Shown one piece after another: positions 13,344 through 27,207 of a stretch of DNA of 64,000 bases. The notes under the pieces were generated by a model. That model searched no databases. It had not been told where the DNA came from and was given only the letters and a program-made list of their open reading frames with translations. Each line of letters starts with the position of its first letter. The first letter of the stretch is position 1. The stretch is from Piromyces finnis finn (lineage: Eukaryota; Fungi; Neocallimastigomycota), in the NCBI GenBank assembly GCA_002104945.1, contig MCFH01000024.1:248001-312000 (forward strand), in the 5' to 3' direction. The position numbers and the translations under genes were made by a program.

Positions 13344-15769
13344 ATGAAAAAATATACAAGATTAGTTCCTTTTTTAAATATTATTAAAGAATTTATTGAA
13401 AGTAAAAATGGATATGAGCTAGCTGGAATGCTTAATGTTAAAATTCTTCATTCTACTGGATTAATGAAACAAATTTCACAGGTGAATTGTAAATTCTATT
13501 CTAAAAAAAAAAAAAAAAGATGACATTTCAATTCAAAATGAAATTTTAATGACATTTATTTTAAAATAAAAATCAAATTAAATAATATTAGAATTACTTT
13601 AAAAAAAAAGATAAAAATAATTATTAAACTTTTTTTTTTATACATTTTTATACCTATTTATTTATTTATTTATTATTATTATTTTTCATATTATATATAT
13701 ATTTATTATTTTAATTTATAAATACTTATTCATTAACCTTGAAAAAAGCCTGATCATGCCAGAGATCTTTGCAGAAAGAATTTACCACGATACTGGGATG
13801 ATACTATTTATTCACAATTAAGAGCTTTATATCATTATCAAACTAACAATGTTGTTGAAGCTTGTCTAGAACAAAAAAATTGCGTACTGTAAATATTCTT
13901 TATTCTATATTTTAAAATTGTTAAAAATTTAATATATATATAAAACTCAAGGTATCCCTTGAGATGTTATACTCACTATAAATGTATCTAAATGTATATA
14001 TATTACTTTTTTTTTTAAAAAAAAAAATTATAATTTGATGGATAATAATTTACAATTGCAATTCTTATTATTAAAATATATAATAACAAAACAAAACAAA
14101 ACAATAATAAATAACAATAAAAATAAAAATAGTGCTTTTCATAGACTATTTCCAGATTTAGATCGTTGGTCTTTACCTATACATTATATTATTCATTCAG
14201 ATTTATATTATTTATCAGTATTAGCTGATAAAGAATTGATAGCTAATAACAAAAAAGCAGGTAATTTAGAAGAAGCAGCAAGAGCATTCAATAAAGCATT
14301 TACTTATTGTGTAATTGATAGGTAATTATTTTGTTTACACCCTTTTGTATTTATTGTAAAAAAAAGTTGAAAAGAAAATTTTTAATTTGTTCAAATTAAA
14401 TTGAATTTCTAATTTCATTTATGGTTGTATTTAAATTTAAAAGACGTGTACAAATAGCTAATTCAAGAAAATGGGGAACATATTACATTGCAAATTTGTT
14501 ATTTAAAACATACTTTAAGGTATATATATATATTTTAAAAAAGATGGAATATTAAATTTCATTTATCCATATAATATTTATTTATATATAATTTTAATTC
14601 ACTCTTCTATCAAATACCCAATTAAAAATTAATTAAATAATTACTTTCAATAAAAATAGTTAAAATCAATAAGTTTATGTAAAAATATTCAAAGAGCTAT
14701 TGATGCTGGTGATATGCCAAAGTTAGAAGAATATCCAATTGCAGAACAAACAACATTTCACTATTATTCCGGTTTATTATTATTTTTAGAGGAACAATAT
14801 CATGAAGTAAATATATAAATATTTATATATATATATTTTATTTTATTTTATTTTTTTTTCATTTTAGTACCTATTAGTATTCTTAACCTATTAATATAAC
14901 TTTTTTTTTTTTTTTTGTAATTTTTGATTCTATTTTGAATCATTTCTTTAATTAAATTAGGCTGAAAAACATTTACTTAAAGCCTTTAAATATACTAAAG
15001 GAAAATCAGAAAAGAATGAATTGTAAAATAATATTTTATTTATAAATAATGACTAGTGAAACAAAATAAATTCTAATGGATTTTTTTTTTTTTTTTTTAA
15101 TATTTATATATTTATATCTTATTTTGAAAATGAAACAAATATTTTATTTTATCTGAAAACAAAACAACAACAAAAAAATAGAATTATTATTCATTTATTA
15201 ATACCTATTCGACTTTTATCGGGTGTTATTCCATCTTATAATTTATTAAATTATCATAGTTCCATTAAAAGTGTATATGGTGGAATGGTAGATGCTATTC
15301 GTTCAGGGAATATTAGACAATTTGATCAATGTTTAAAGGAAAATGAAAAAGAATTATTAAAATATAATACCTATTTAACAATAGAAAAATGTAGATTATT
15401 ATGTATAAGAAGATTATTTAAAAAAGTATATTTTATGGAAGGAAAATTAACTCGTATGAAGGTTACTTCATTTCAACAAGCATTAAAATTTGTTGGTGTC
15501 GATGTTAAACTTAATGAAGTTGAATGTCTATTAGCTATTATGGTTGATAAGGTTTGTAAAAAAAAAAAAAGAAGGGTTTTAATTTTAAAATTAATTTATC
15601 TTTTTTAAGATTTCCTATTAATAAAATTTCAAAAATAAAATAAAAAAAAAAATTCACAATTAATTTAATATAGGGTTATATTCGTGGATATATTTCACAT
15701 GAAAAAAGTATACTCGTATTAAGTGCTACAAATGCTTTCCCAAATGTTACCTCTATCTCTTTAGCATAA
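13344..15769 (+). CDS. CSN12: PCI-domain protein PCID2/Csn12 (Thp1-related), ~9 exons
   Basis: Motifs: DRWSLPI, LEEAARAFNKAFTYCVIDR, SRKWGTYYIANLLFKTYFK, PIAEQTTFHYYSG, DAIRSGNIRQFD, EVECLLAIMVDK/GYIRGYISHEKSILVLSATNAFP. The last matches the PCID2 C-terminal winged helix. Confidence 0.9.
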
Positions 15770-17665
15770 TTTTTTTAATAACATTAAAAAATATTACTAT
15801 ATCTTTCATAATACACTTTTTTTTTTTTCTTTCCCATGATGTATAAAAAAAAAAAAAAAACTTTTCTATTCTATAATTGTAATAATATTTCAATAAATCA
15901 TAAAATATAAAATGATTCTTTAATACGATTCACAATGTATATAACTATTTAAAGAGAATGATAAACAAATTTATCAAGTATTTTTATTTGATTATTAGTT
16001 TCATTGGGTTTTATTGGTGTGTCAAGGTTTAATTAGATACTAATATAGCAACATATATAAAAATCCTATAGGGGATAGATTTTCAAGAACATGGTTTAAA
16101 AAATAAAATAAAGGAATTTTACAATTAATATATACAAAATCTTAAAAATTAGAGTTTAAATTTTTTTGGATTATTATTATTATTATAATAACTTTCATAT
16201 ATTTTCTACAAAACTATTAAGTTAGTAATATACACAAAAAGTTAAAGGGCTTGATTTTTTTTTATTTATTTTATATTGTTATTATTCCCTAGTTGTTATT
16301 TCACTTAAACTTTTATTATAAAAAAATATTAGATTTACATTATTGTATACGTAAAAATACATTTTAATGTAGGATACAATCAAAATTTAATTTTTTAATT
16401 TTTATAATTAAAGTTTTATGGATAATATATAATATAATAAATATATAATATATAATAATAATATATAATAATGTATTATATATTAATTGAGATCATTAAA
16501 TTATAAAAAAAAAAAAGTTTCAAAATCCACAATTGAATAGCAAAATTATTTATTATAATTTCATTATTTAAGAGAAAGAGTGTGTGAAATGAGAAAAGAA
16601 AAGAAAAAAAAAATAGTATAGAAAAATTTTAGAGTATAAACATTTGTAGTTTTTCTATTTTATTTTTTTATTCGTTTATCATCGATTGAAAAAAAGTCAG
16701 TTTTAGTGATTTGATTTTTATGATACATACACTACAATTAAAAATTAAACTTTGGTAAATAATTTTACAAATTTACAGACTTTAATTTTGTAAAGTAGGA
16801 TTAAAGTCTACTTTTAAATAAAACTATTTTTTTTTATTGGTAAAGCGTCTTTTTTTATTTTATTTAACCTTTGCCAATAAAAAAATCTTTTCCTAAGATT
16901 TTCACCTTCATTGTAGGCAGGTTAGAGAGTGAAAAACCTTTTTTTTTCGAATCTCCAAAAAGAATACAAAAAAAGAGTTTAATTTTAATTAATTCTTTAA
17001 TTATTGGAAAATAAAAAAAAAAAACAAATTTAATTAATTAAATTGTAATATGATAATTCATAGATTACAGTATAAATGTTCATATATTATTTATATTATA
17101 AATTATTGTTCATTATACTTTGTAATATAGTACATTTAAATTAAAATAGTAACAATTAAAAAAGATGAAAATAATTAGTATCGAGTAATAAATAAATGAA
17201 TGAATAAATAAATGCATAAATAAATGAATAAATGAATAAATAAATAAATAATTTTTTTTTTTTTTATATTTACCTTTGAAATTGAATTTATGCATTTTTT
17301 TCTTTTTTATTTTAAAAAAACAAAAACAAAAATATAAAAAATAAAAGCAGAAAAAAAAAAAAAAAGATCGACAAAGTACTTTAAAAAAATAATTTAAATA
17401 GTATTTATTATATATAAATACTTTTTATTAATAAAATAAAGAAGAAATATAATACAGATTATAATATCAAAATTATTGTTTTTTTTATAATAAAAGAAAT
17501 TCAAAAATAAAACTATTTTAAAAAGTCTTATAATCAATAGAGATAAAATAATAATAACAACAACAACAATAAAAAAGAAATCATAATTAAATTATAGATT
17601 AAATTAAATAAATATAAATAAAATTATTGTTTTTATAATAGATTTTTTTTTAAAAAAAAAAAAAA

Positions 17666-19036
17666 ATGTTCAAAGTATCATTACACAAATTCCTATTCAT
17701 AGTACTATTATTTACTTTAGTATTTCAATATGTTTCAGCAACCGAGGAAGAACAAGAGGTAGATAATTATATTGAAGGTGATGAAACTGAAATGGATAAA
17801 TATAACGGAAATGAAGAAGATAGAATACGAAATTTAAAATTCCCTCATGTCGATGAGGTAAATGAAAGAGAATATAAGAAATATGAAATTCCAAAAATCA
17901 TTCATCAATATGGTAATTTTATATATATATATATACATAAATTTTATGAAAGTAACCAATTATTTTGAAAATAAAAATGTCTAATTTGTATTTATTAAAC
18001 TATTTTATTTTATCAAAATTTTATATATTATATATATATAATTTTAATTATAAATAAAATTTATTTTTGATAATTATTGAAATGTCTCACTATTATAAAA
18101 ATTACGTTTTTCAAAAACAAATTATATTTCAATATGTAAATGTTGGAATTGCATAAAACAGTAAGATCAAAAGAAAATGTCTCACCTCACAATTTAAAAA
18201 ATATGGAAAGTTGGAAACTTTTAAATAGTGAATGGGAACATAGATTATACGATTATTCTGATATAAAGAATTTTATGGAAAACAATTATTCAAAGGTTAT
18301 TGATTTATGGAATGCTTTAACTTACGAAGAACAAATTAATATGTGGAAATATGCTGTTCTTGATGTTATTGGTGGTGCTTATGTTAATATTAATTGCTAT
18401 TGTACAAAACCAATTGATGAATGGTAAATGTTGTCCTTTTATTTATTATAGTATATAGTGCCTATAATGTATATAATAAAAATATCGAGGCTAATAAATA
18501 TTTTTTTTTTTTTTTTTGCTAATTATTATCATCATCATCATATAATTTAACTCTATTCATGTAGGCTTGATCAATACACTACTTCCAATATTGTCCTTGG
18601 TCTTGATCACTTATATATACCAGATCATATTTTAAATGAAAAGAAATTAACTGATTCTATTCAATTTAATATATCTACTATTATTGCTGCTCCAGGTCAT
18701 GAAATATTAACTAAAATGCCATACTATATTCATCGTTACAGAGTTTTAAGTACTATCAATGTTTATGAAGCTGATCCAGATTATAAGAGACTTGGTAGAA
18801 CATTCTTTAGTACAGGAACTGCTCTTTTCACCGAAAGTGTTTTCGATTATTTAATTGAAAATAATGTTATTTTAAAAGAAATTGTTAATGGTGGTTTAGT
18901 AAAGGATGTCGCTGTATTAAATACAAATGGTTTCTCCTACCAAGGAACTGATTTAGATGACTTACCAAATGACGTATACTCATTATACTTTCCAGAAAAA
19001 TCAAAAATAGTAAATAAAAATGATTATATTATTTAA
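17666..19036 (+). CDS. Secretory-pathway glycosyltransferase family 32-like protein with degenerate DXD, 3 exons
   Basis: Signal peptide/anchor MFKVSLHKFLFIVLLFTLVFQYVSA. GT32 landmarks: IPKIIHQ, SWKLLNSEWEHRLYD, GGAYVNINC, IIAAPGHEIL, STGTALFT. Exons ~17666-17911, 18162-18423, 18565-19036. Confidence 0.8.
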
Positions 19037-19712
19037 AAAAAATAATAATAAAATAAAAAAAAAAAAAAATAGAAAAAATAGAAATACAAGTAAATAATAA
19101 TAATTATTATATTTAGATATAAAAGTTTTTTTTTTTTTTTATTTATTTAAAAAAAAAAAAAAAAAGAATATTATAATTTTTACCATAAATAAAATAAAAT
19201 CTACTCTAATACTCTCTCTATATATCAAGATCAGTAAATAATATATATATTTTTTTTAATATGTTAAAAAATGTTTAAAAATAAATAAAAATACATATTT
19301 TATATATATACACTATATTCTTTTAACTTTTTTAAAAAATTATAGGCCTATTTAATAGTTTTTGTATATACATACGCACACAGAAAAAAAAGTTTTTTTT
19401 CCTTTTTTTTTTTTTTTTATTTTATTAGTTTATTATTACTAGAAAATGGTATATATTTTATTTTTCTTTTTTTTTTTAAAAAAAAAAAAAAAATAAAGGA
19501 AATATGTTTTTAAAATAGTGTAAAATATATATATATAAATATTCGATTAGTATTGGGTAAAGTAGTAGTGGAAAATAAAGTTTTTATCTATTTCTATATC
19601 TAATATAAGAAAAAATGGGGAAAATGAAAATGAAAAAAAAAAAAAATAAAATGTATGCTTCAAATTAAAGTGTAAAAAGGATAATAAATTTTTGTGTTGT
19701 TGTCATTGAATT

Positions 19713-19749
<37 letters not shown>

Positions 19750-20003
19750 CTCTAGACAAATTCATAGAGTGTATAAATAAAATTTAATGTTTAAATTGAA
19801 ATGTAAAATACAAGATGAGGATTGTATGTTGTATGATTTAAGAGGGATGGATAGATGAATAAAATACCAGTTTTATTATTCTTTTATCCGTATAATCTTA
19901 TCTATCAATAGATGGATGGTTGATTGAATAAATTAAATCTATTGATAGTACTAAAAGAGAATTTCTTTATCGTTTTTTTTTTTTTTTTTTTTCCAAGATA
20001 GAG

Positions 20004-23000
20004 TTATACCGTGTGTTTTGATTTTTTCTTTTTTTTTTTTGAATGAGAATTAGATGATAACTGGGAAGGTAATTCAGGGTTCATAACTAGGGTGTTTAAA
20101 GGTGCTGCTGTTACCGGAAAGGAATACCTATTTTGATAATGAGATGGAAACCATGGTGGATTTATATAGGATTGAAGGTAGGTTGGTGGAACAATGGAAG
20201 AATTTATATTAGAAACGTTCATTTCATTGGAAAGATTTGAAATAAAATTGGAGGAATTTGTATGCTTTTTATGATGATGATGATGATGATGTTGTTGTTT
20301 CTTTGATTTACGTTGCTTTTTATCTTTTTCTTTAATACTTTTGGTAGAATCTAATTTCGATTTAACAATTTCAATATCTAATTTTTATACATGAGTAAAA
20401 AAAGATCGTTTATTTATAATTAATAAAAAAAAAAAAAAAAAATCAATTATTATTTATTGTGTGATGGAATGATTTATATAATTAATTCTTATATTTTACC
20501 TTTTTCTTCTTTTTCTAAATTAGTGGTATCTTGTGTATTCGCAGTAGATGTGCCGGCTTTTAATTTATGACTGGATTTACTTTTTTTATGTTTCTTTTTA
20601 CTCTCCTTTTTTAATTTTGGTAGGTCTGGTAAATTTGTTGATGAATACACGGGACAATAGAGTTGTGGTAGTGGCGGTGATATTATAGGTGTAATCCAGG
20701 AATAAGGAGGTTGCTTGAAATTTAATAGTGGAACAGTAGTAGTATTCGATGATGATAATGGCTGTTGGTGATAATTAACTATTGGATAAATTGTGGGAGG
20801 AGGAGGAAGGGTTGGCACAGGATAGAGAATAGGTTGAACTTGTCCAAAATTGTTTATTTCTTTCATGCCATTGAATATATTATTCATTTGATGTTCATAC
20901 ATTGCTTGGTAATTCCCAATGAATTGAGGATCACTATTGAAATCTTTATTTTTCGGAAATTTTCCTTTTCTCTTTCGGGTGGGATAATAAGTAGTTTCAT
21001 CTTCGGATGAATCCGATGTAGAATCAAAACTTTCCTCTTTACTACCTTTATCATCATTATTATGTTTTATTTTACGCTTTTTATGATTTTCTATTCTATC
21101 TTGATGTTCCTTTTTTCTTTTCTTTTCTTTTTTATCATTTATTTTTACATCTTCGTTTTCGGGTTTTTTGGTTAATTCGTTTTGACCTTCATGAATTTTA
21201 TTTTCTTTACTGATATTTGAGATAGTTTCATGAACATGTTTGTCTTTAGTATTGGTATCATTTAATAGTTGATGATGCTGAGTTAAAGTTTCATTTTCTT
21301 TGGTATTGAAACTTTCAATTATACCATCATTATTTTTATTTTCTTGAAATCCTTGATTGTAATGATTCTTTGGCTTATTGGGATTTTCAAGTTTCTCAAC
21401 TTCATCAGTAGAATTAAAAATTTCTTCTTCATTTATTTTTTCTTCATCTTCAAATTCATTATTCTTCAAAATAGCGGATTCAGATAATGCATCTTCATTA
21501 TTTGCCTTTGAAAATTTTATGTTACTATTTGTCTTAATAATGTATGATAAATTATTGGTGTCATCTTTAGTATTAATTAAAGCTTCAACTTTATTCTCTT
21601 GAGATATTTTATTTAGATTTTGATTTGATTGTTCTGTTTCTTTTGATTGAATCCTTGAACGTTTTGTGTTATTATTATTCGCATCATCATCAAATTTATC
21701 ATTAGTATCGTTAGTATCATTGTCATTATTATTAATGTTATTATTAGAATTCTGGGATTGTTGATGTTTTGAAATTTGAGATGATAATTGTTTCTCACAT
21801 TCAACATCTAATGATTTTTGATTGCCTTGTATTAATTCATGATATTGGAATGCATCAACATTTTGATTTTCTATTATTTGACATCTTTCTTGATAATCTT
21901 CTTCTATATTTCTTTCTATTATTTGATAATTATCTGGATTTTCTTTTATTATTTGATGCTTTTTCTGTTGTTGTTGTTGTAGTAGTTGTTGTTGTTGTTG
22001 GTACTGCTTCTTATTTTTTAATGCATTATATAATTCTTCATCACTTAAAGAAAATGGTGTAAACTCTGTGTTTTTATTATTAATTGTCTTTTTCTTAATT
22101 AAGTCGTAATTAAAATCAAGATCATTATCATTTTTAATTCTTTCATATTCTTCATCTGCCGATAAAGTAGAATAATTTGACTTTTGGATGTTATCAAAAT
22201 ATGAAGATCTTAGAGCGGCAAATGCTTTAACTCTATTTGAAGGATTTAACATTAACATATTCTTCATTTTATATTAGATAAAAATATATTTATTATTAAT
22301 AAAAGAATTATAATTATTATTTTTTTATTTAATACAAAATAAAAGTTAAAAAATAAAAAAGAAAATACTTGTAATAATTTAATCCCTTTATTGGATAAAA
22401 ATTTGTGGATATTACTCAGTGGATTCTTCACTAACTTTGGTAATTCCATAATAACTTGTTTCATTTCAGGATAGTATTTAAATAATTCAGGCCAGGTATC
22501 TTTTGTTGGAATATCAATTACCCTAATTAAAATTATAAAGAATAAAATAAAAATAAAACTATTTGTAAATAATTATTTAAACTATTTTTATAAGATAATG
22601 ATTTCTTCTTACTGTAGTATATATTGAAATATTTCAAAATGATCAGAGTAATTTCCTATTTTTTTAAAAAAAAAATGAAATAACATACATGCAATTATTT
22701 TAGATATGACACTATTATTTATATATATTTTTTCATTTTTTAAATGTTTATCATTTATATATTATATTTGCTTAATTAGTAAGAGTATAGAGTACCTCTA
22801 AATATAGAATAACCAAGTGCCATTTCAGCAAAAATACATCCAACACTCCAGATATCAATTGATTGATCATAAAGAGGTAAATTTAATAATAATTCAGGTG
22901 CTCTATAAAACAATGTAACAACCTAAAACAACACAATAAATAAATTAGATATTATAAATATATGAAAGCTATTAATAAATGGCAAAAGAAAAGAATAATA

Positions 23001-23972
23001 ATTTTTTTTTTCGTATTATTTTACCTCATAAGAATAATTTCCTAATGGTACACTTATTTTTCGACCGATCCCAAAGTCAGTAATTTTTAAATCAAATGAA
23101 TTTCTATTATTTTTTATTAAAATTATATTTCTATTTTATATAAAGAAAAAATAAAAATAGCATTTAATATTCATTTTTATACCAAAAATATAAATAATTG
23201 TAGCATAGGAATGATAATAATAAAAATAATACTATGGAATATTTAAAATACATAGAATGGTACATACTGTGGTTTTAAATCACGATGGATTATTCCTTTA
23301 TCATGACAATAAGTTAGTCCGTTTAAAAGTTGATACAAAAAATCCTATTTGTAAAAATTAAATAATAAAAATATTAATAATTTTTTATATAAAACTTTAT
23401 ATATTAAATTTTTGACCTACCTTAATTAATTCTTCAGGCAACCCATTTTTATAGTATTTAGTAATTAATTTTTCAAGGTCAGTATGGCCATATTCCATTA
23501 CCACAAAAATATCATTTTTAAATTGTTCATCATTTTCACCAGGTAAGATAAAGTCAAGCATCCTATTATTTATATGAATATTGAAATTCAGGTAATTTAT
23601 TAGAAAAATATTTTCAATATACATATATTCTTATATTCATTTTATTATATATATAATTTATTTTTATTACTTTATCATATTTTTATGTTTTAATGAAGCC
23701 AACAAAGATATTTCTCTCATTGTTGAGTTTGATATAACTAAATGTTCATAATTTTCATCTAATTTTGTTTTTTTAATTGCAACAATTGTACCATCAGATT
23801 TTCTTTTTGCTTTAAAAATCATTCCAAATGCACCTCTTCCTATAACATTATTTTCACCGAAAATATACTGTTCTTTATCTCCCTTTAAAACAATAGTTTT
23901 AGTTTGTGTTTTTTCTTCATCTCTTGGAGTTGGGAGGTGATTACTTTCTTTAACAATTGAACCAATCATCAT
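20004..23972 (-). CDS. CDK-like (CMGC) Ser/Thr kinase with a very long low-complexity C-terminal tail
   Basis: Motifs: [91 protein letters not shown]. The tail spans ORFs 20489-22267 and 20004-20222 and includes a poly-His run. Confidence 0.9.
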
Positions 23973-23973
23973 G

Positions 23974-24003
23974 TTTTAGTATAATAACTTTTAGTATAAT
24001 AAC
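23974..24003. repeat. Perfect 15-bp tandem duplication immediately upstream of the kinase ATG
   Basis: TTTTAGTATAATAAC x2. Confidence 0.9.
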
Positions 24004-25713
24004 TCAAAACTACTCTTATTTCTTAATGAAAATAAATTATGAATTTAAAATGTTAATTTTTTTCTAAAAAAAAAAAAAAAATTGAATGTAAAATAGAATG
24101 TCTATAATATAAATTTATTATATATTGATAATGTAATATATTATTAAAATTATAGTATATATTTTAAAAGATAACAATAAAAAAGTTAACATTAACTTCT
24201 CTATTATTATCTTTTTAATTGTTATATAATTTTAAATTTCAGAATTAGAATTAGAATTATAGAAAGGTTGAAATCAGTGTTATACTATATAAAATAATTA
24301 CAATAGTAAATTAAAAAAGTAAATAGATACAATAATAAAATTGATAATTCCAATTATAATTTATAATAATAAATAGGATTTTCAAAAGGAAATTCAAAGA
24401 GAGTGTATAAAGAAAGAATTTGAAAATTTAAATATAATTTAATAAGTCATATTAAATTATCAATTTCCATTGAAATTAAAATTTGATTTATTAATTCAAT
24501 ATTTTAACATTTAAATAAATAATTTACAAAATGGAAATGATTTATAATAACTTTTATTGCTTATTATTACTGTTTATAAAGAAACGTTTATATTGTATTT
24601 ACAAATTAAAACATAATTGAGAATTATATAATGAAATGAAAAATTGTTAATGTGTTTATAAATATAGTTGTTTTTTAATACAATGTTTTTTTTTTTTTTT
24701 TCTTTAATTCTTTTTAATTTCCTTTTTTTTTTTTTTTTTTTAAATAATAAAATTGTGAATTTTATTTTTCTTTTTTGTTTTTTTTTAAAAGTAAATTTTA
24801 TTCTTTCCTTTTTTATTATTTCTCTTTTTTTTTTTTTTTCTTAAAATTTAAACTTTTTTTGTAATGTAGATATTATTAAAAATGACTAAATGATTAATTA
24901 AGTGATTCAAAGTTTATTTAATAATAAAAATTAATATTTAAAAAATTTTTAATTTTTTTTCTTTTTTGGTCCTGGTAGTTCGTAAAAACTATAAAGGTTA
25001 GACTTGAATTTTTTTTATAATAATAAAAGAGTTCTATAAGAAATTACCACATTATATAATTACTAGCCATAGCAAATATAAAGATAAAAAGAAAAGTATT
25101 TTAGGAATTAATAAATGTTTTTATTAAACTTTATTAATTTATGAAAAAAAAAAAAGAGCCATTATTATAATAAATATAATTATTTTTAATATTTTGAACA
25201 TATTGTTATTGAATGATTAGAAAATATGGAAATAGTACAATGCAATATAAATACATACTTTGACTAAAAATAATAAATTAATAGTTAAACAAATACACAT
25301 AAAAATCCTTAATTCACATGTAAAAAGAAATTGTTTGATTATTCTTATTGTTTATATATATGAACATTACTATTTTTTCTTATATATTACAAATGAAATA
25401 AGGTTAATAAATATATAAATCTCGTTATAATTTTTAAAATATATTTATATAAAACTTTTTTCCGATTATTTATTTATTATAGTAATATTTTTTTTTATTA
25501 AACAAAGTAAATTAATAAATGAAAAAATAAAAAAGAAAAAAAATATACATTTAACATATAAAACTTTTTTTTTTTTTTTATACCATGATGATAATGATAA
25601 TTTAAAATACATTTATCTTTCTTTTTATTTTTTTTTCTTTTAAAAAATATTATTAAAAAAAAAAAAAAATAAAACATTGATAAAATAAAATAAATAAATA
25701 GTTTGCTAAATTC

Positions 25714-27176
25714 TTATATTTGTCCTTTAATATCAATACCCTTTTTAGTAATTTCTTGCCATTTTTTAAGAAAGAGTGGATGTGTTTCTTTTCCTGAAAT
25801 ATAATATCCTTTATCTTTTTTAATTTGACATTTACATTTTCCTAAAAATTCAATACATTCATTATCATCTTCAAAACTCAATTCATCTGCTACAAATGGT
25901 ATGCTTAAGGTTAAATATGATTTAGTCATAACTTTTAACGCTTTTATACGTTCTCTTTCAACAAAATGATCCATTAAATAAATAGCCATATTATCTGGAG
26001 GATAGGCATATAACTCAAAAAATTTGTGATAATTGCCATTTGCTACTGCAGATCTAACTTCTAATGAATGCTTTATACCTGGATTCTCTTTTTGTTGTGG
26101 CGTTAATTCAGAAATTAAGGCATTTATATCTTTATTATAATAATAAATAAATAGTTATTTAGAATTTTAATAAAACTTTTTACAACTATTTAATTATATT
26201 ATTACCTTTTGGATTTAAAGTATGAACATAATATAAAAGACGATATGCCAAAAATTCTTCTTCATGTCCCTTAAATCCCAATTTATATAATTGTTTGAGT
26301 TGAGATTGACATTGATTATATTCACCTAAATCTCCCTAAATAGATTATTATATATATGTATTTATTCATTTATAGATTATTAATAAATAGCCATTATATA
26401 TACACATATTTCAACAAAAACAATTTACTAACCTTTTCTAATGCAATTCTAGCATGAATTTCATACACTTCAACTGTAAATTCATTTTTTATTCTCTGAA
26501 CAGTTAAATCTTGACGTAAACTTTTAAATTGATCACATATATAATTGTAATTTTGTTCTTTCAACCATTTTTTTTTTAAAAATTCCAAAGTTTTACGTAA
26601 AACGGAAAGAGGTCTTACTGTTGCTGGATCTGGTGCCTTTTCAAAAAAAAAAAAAAAAAAAACTTATTAAATTTACTTTATGGTATTAAATGAATACCTT
26701 ATAATTAAAAAACTTACTGATGTTAATCTTAAATAATTCTTTTCTAAATCTTGACATGTTCCTACTAATGTATCTTGATCCCAATCTACAACATCTGGGT
26801 TACCATTTTGATCTATATACTCTTGCTTTTTAATTTCTGCTTCACGTTTTAATTTTATTTTTTCTTGTCTCTTTTTTAATTCTGCTGAATAATCATCATT
26901 GAATCTTTTAGCTCTTTTTTCTCTAAGTTTAATTTCTTCCATTCTTTCATTTTCAGGTAACTTCATTAATGACTCATTCATTTCTATTGTTGATGATACT
27001 TGAGAAGAATAAGATGATGATGTTTCTGCAAATTTCTTTCTTTTTTTATTTGCTAATAAATTATTTGAAATTGTTGTACTTTCAACATTATTGGAATTTT
27101 CTAAGCATTTTCTTTTAATATATATATATATATTTTAAAAATAGATTTAATTAATAAAAATAAATACATTAAAAGA

Positions 27177-27207
<31 letters not shown>

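Noticed and set aside
20765-22062. Antisense ORFs over the kinase (the same pattern occurs over SMG9, POL1, RTR1 and AIM24)
   Set aside because: Hydrophobic F/L/S-rich shadows of Lys/Glu/Asn-rich sense codons, with no independent coding signal.
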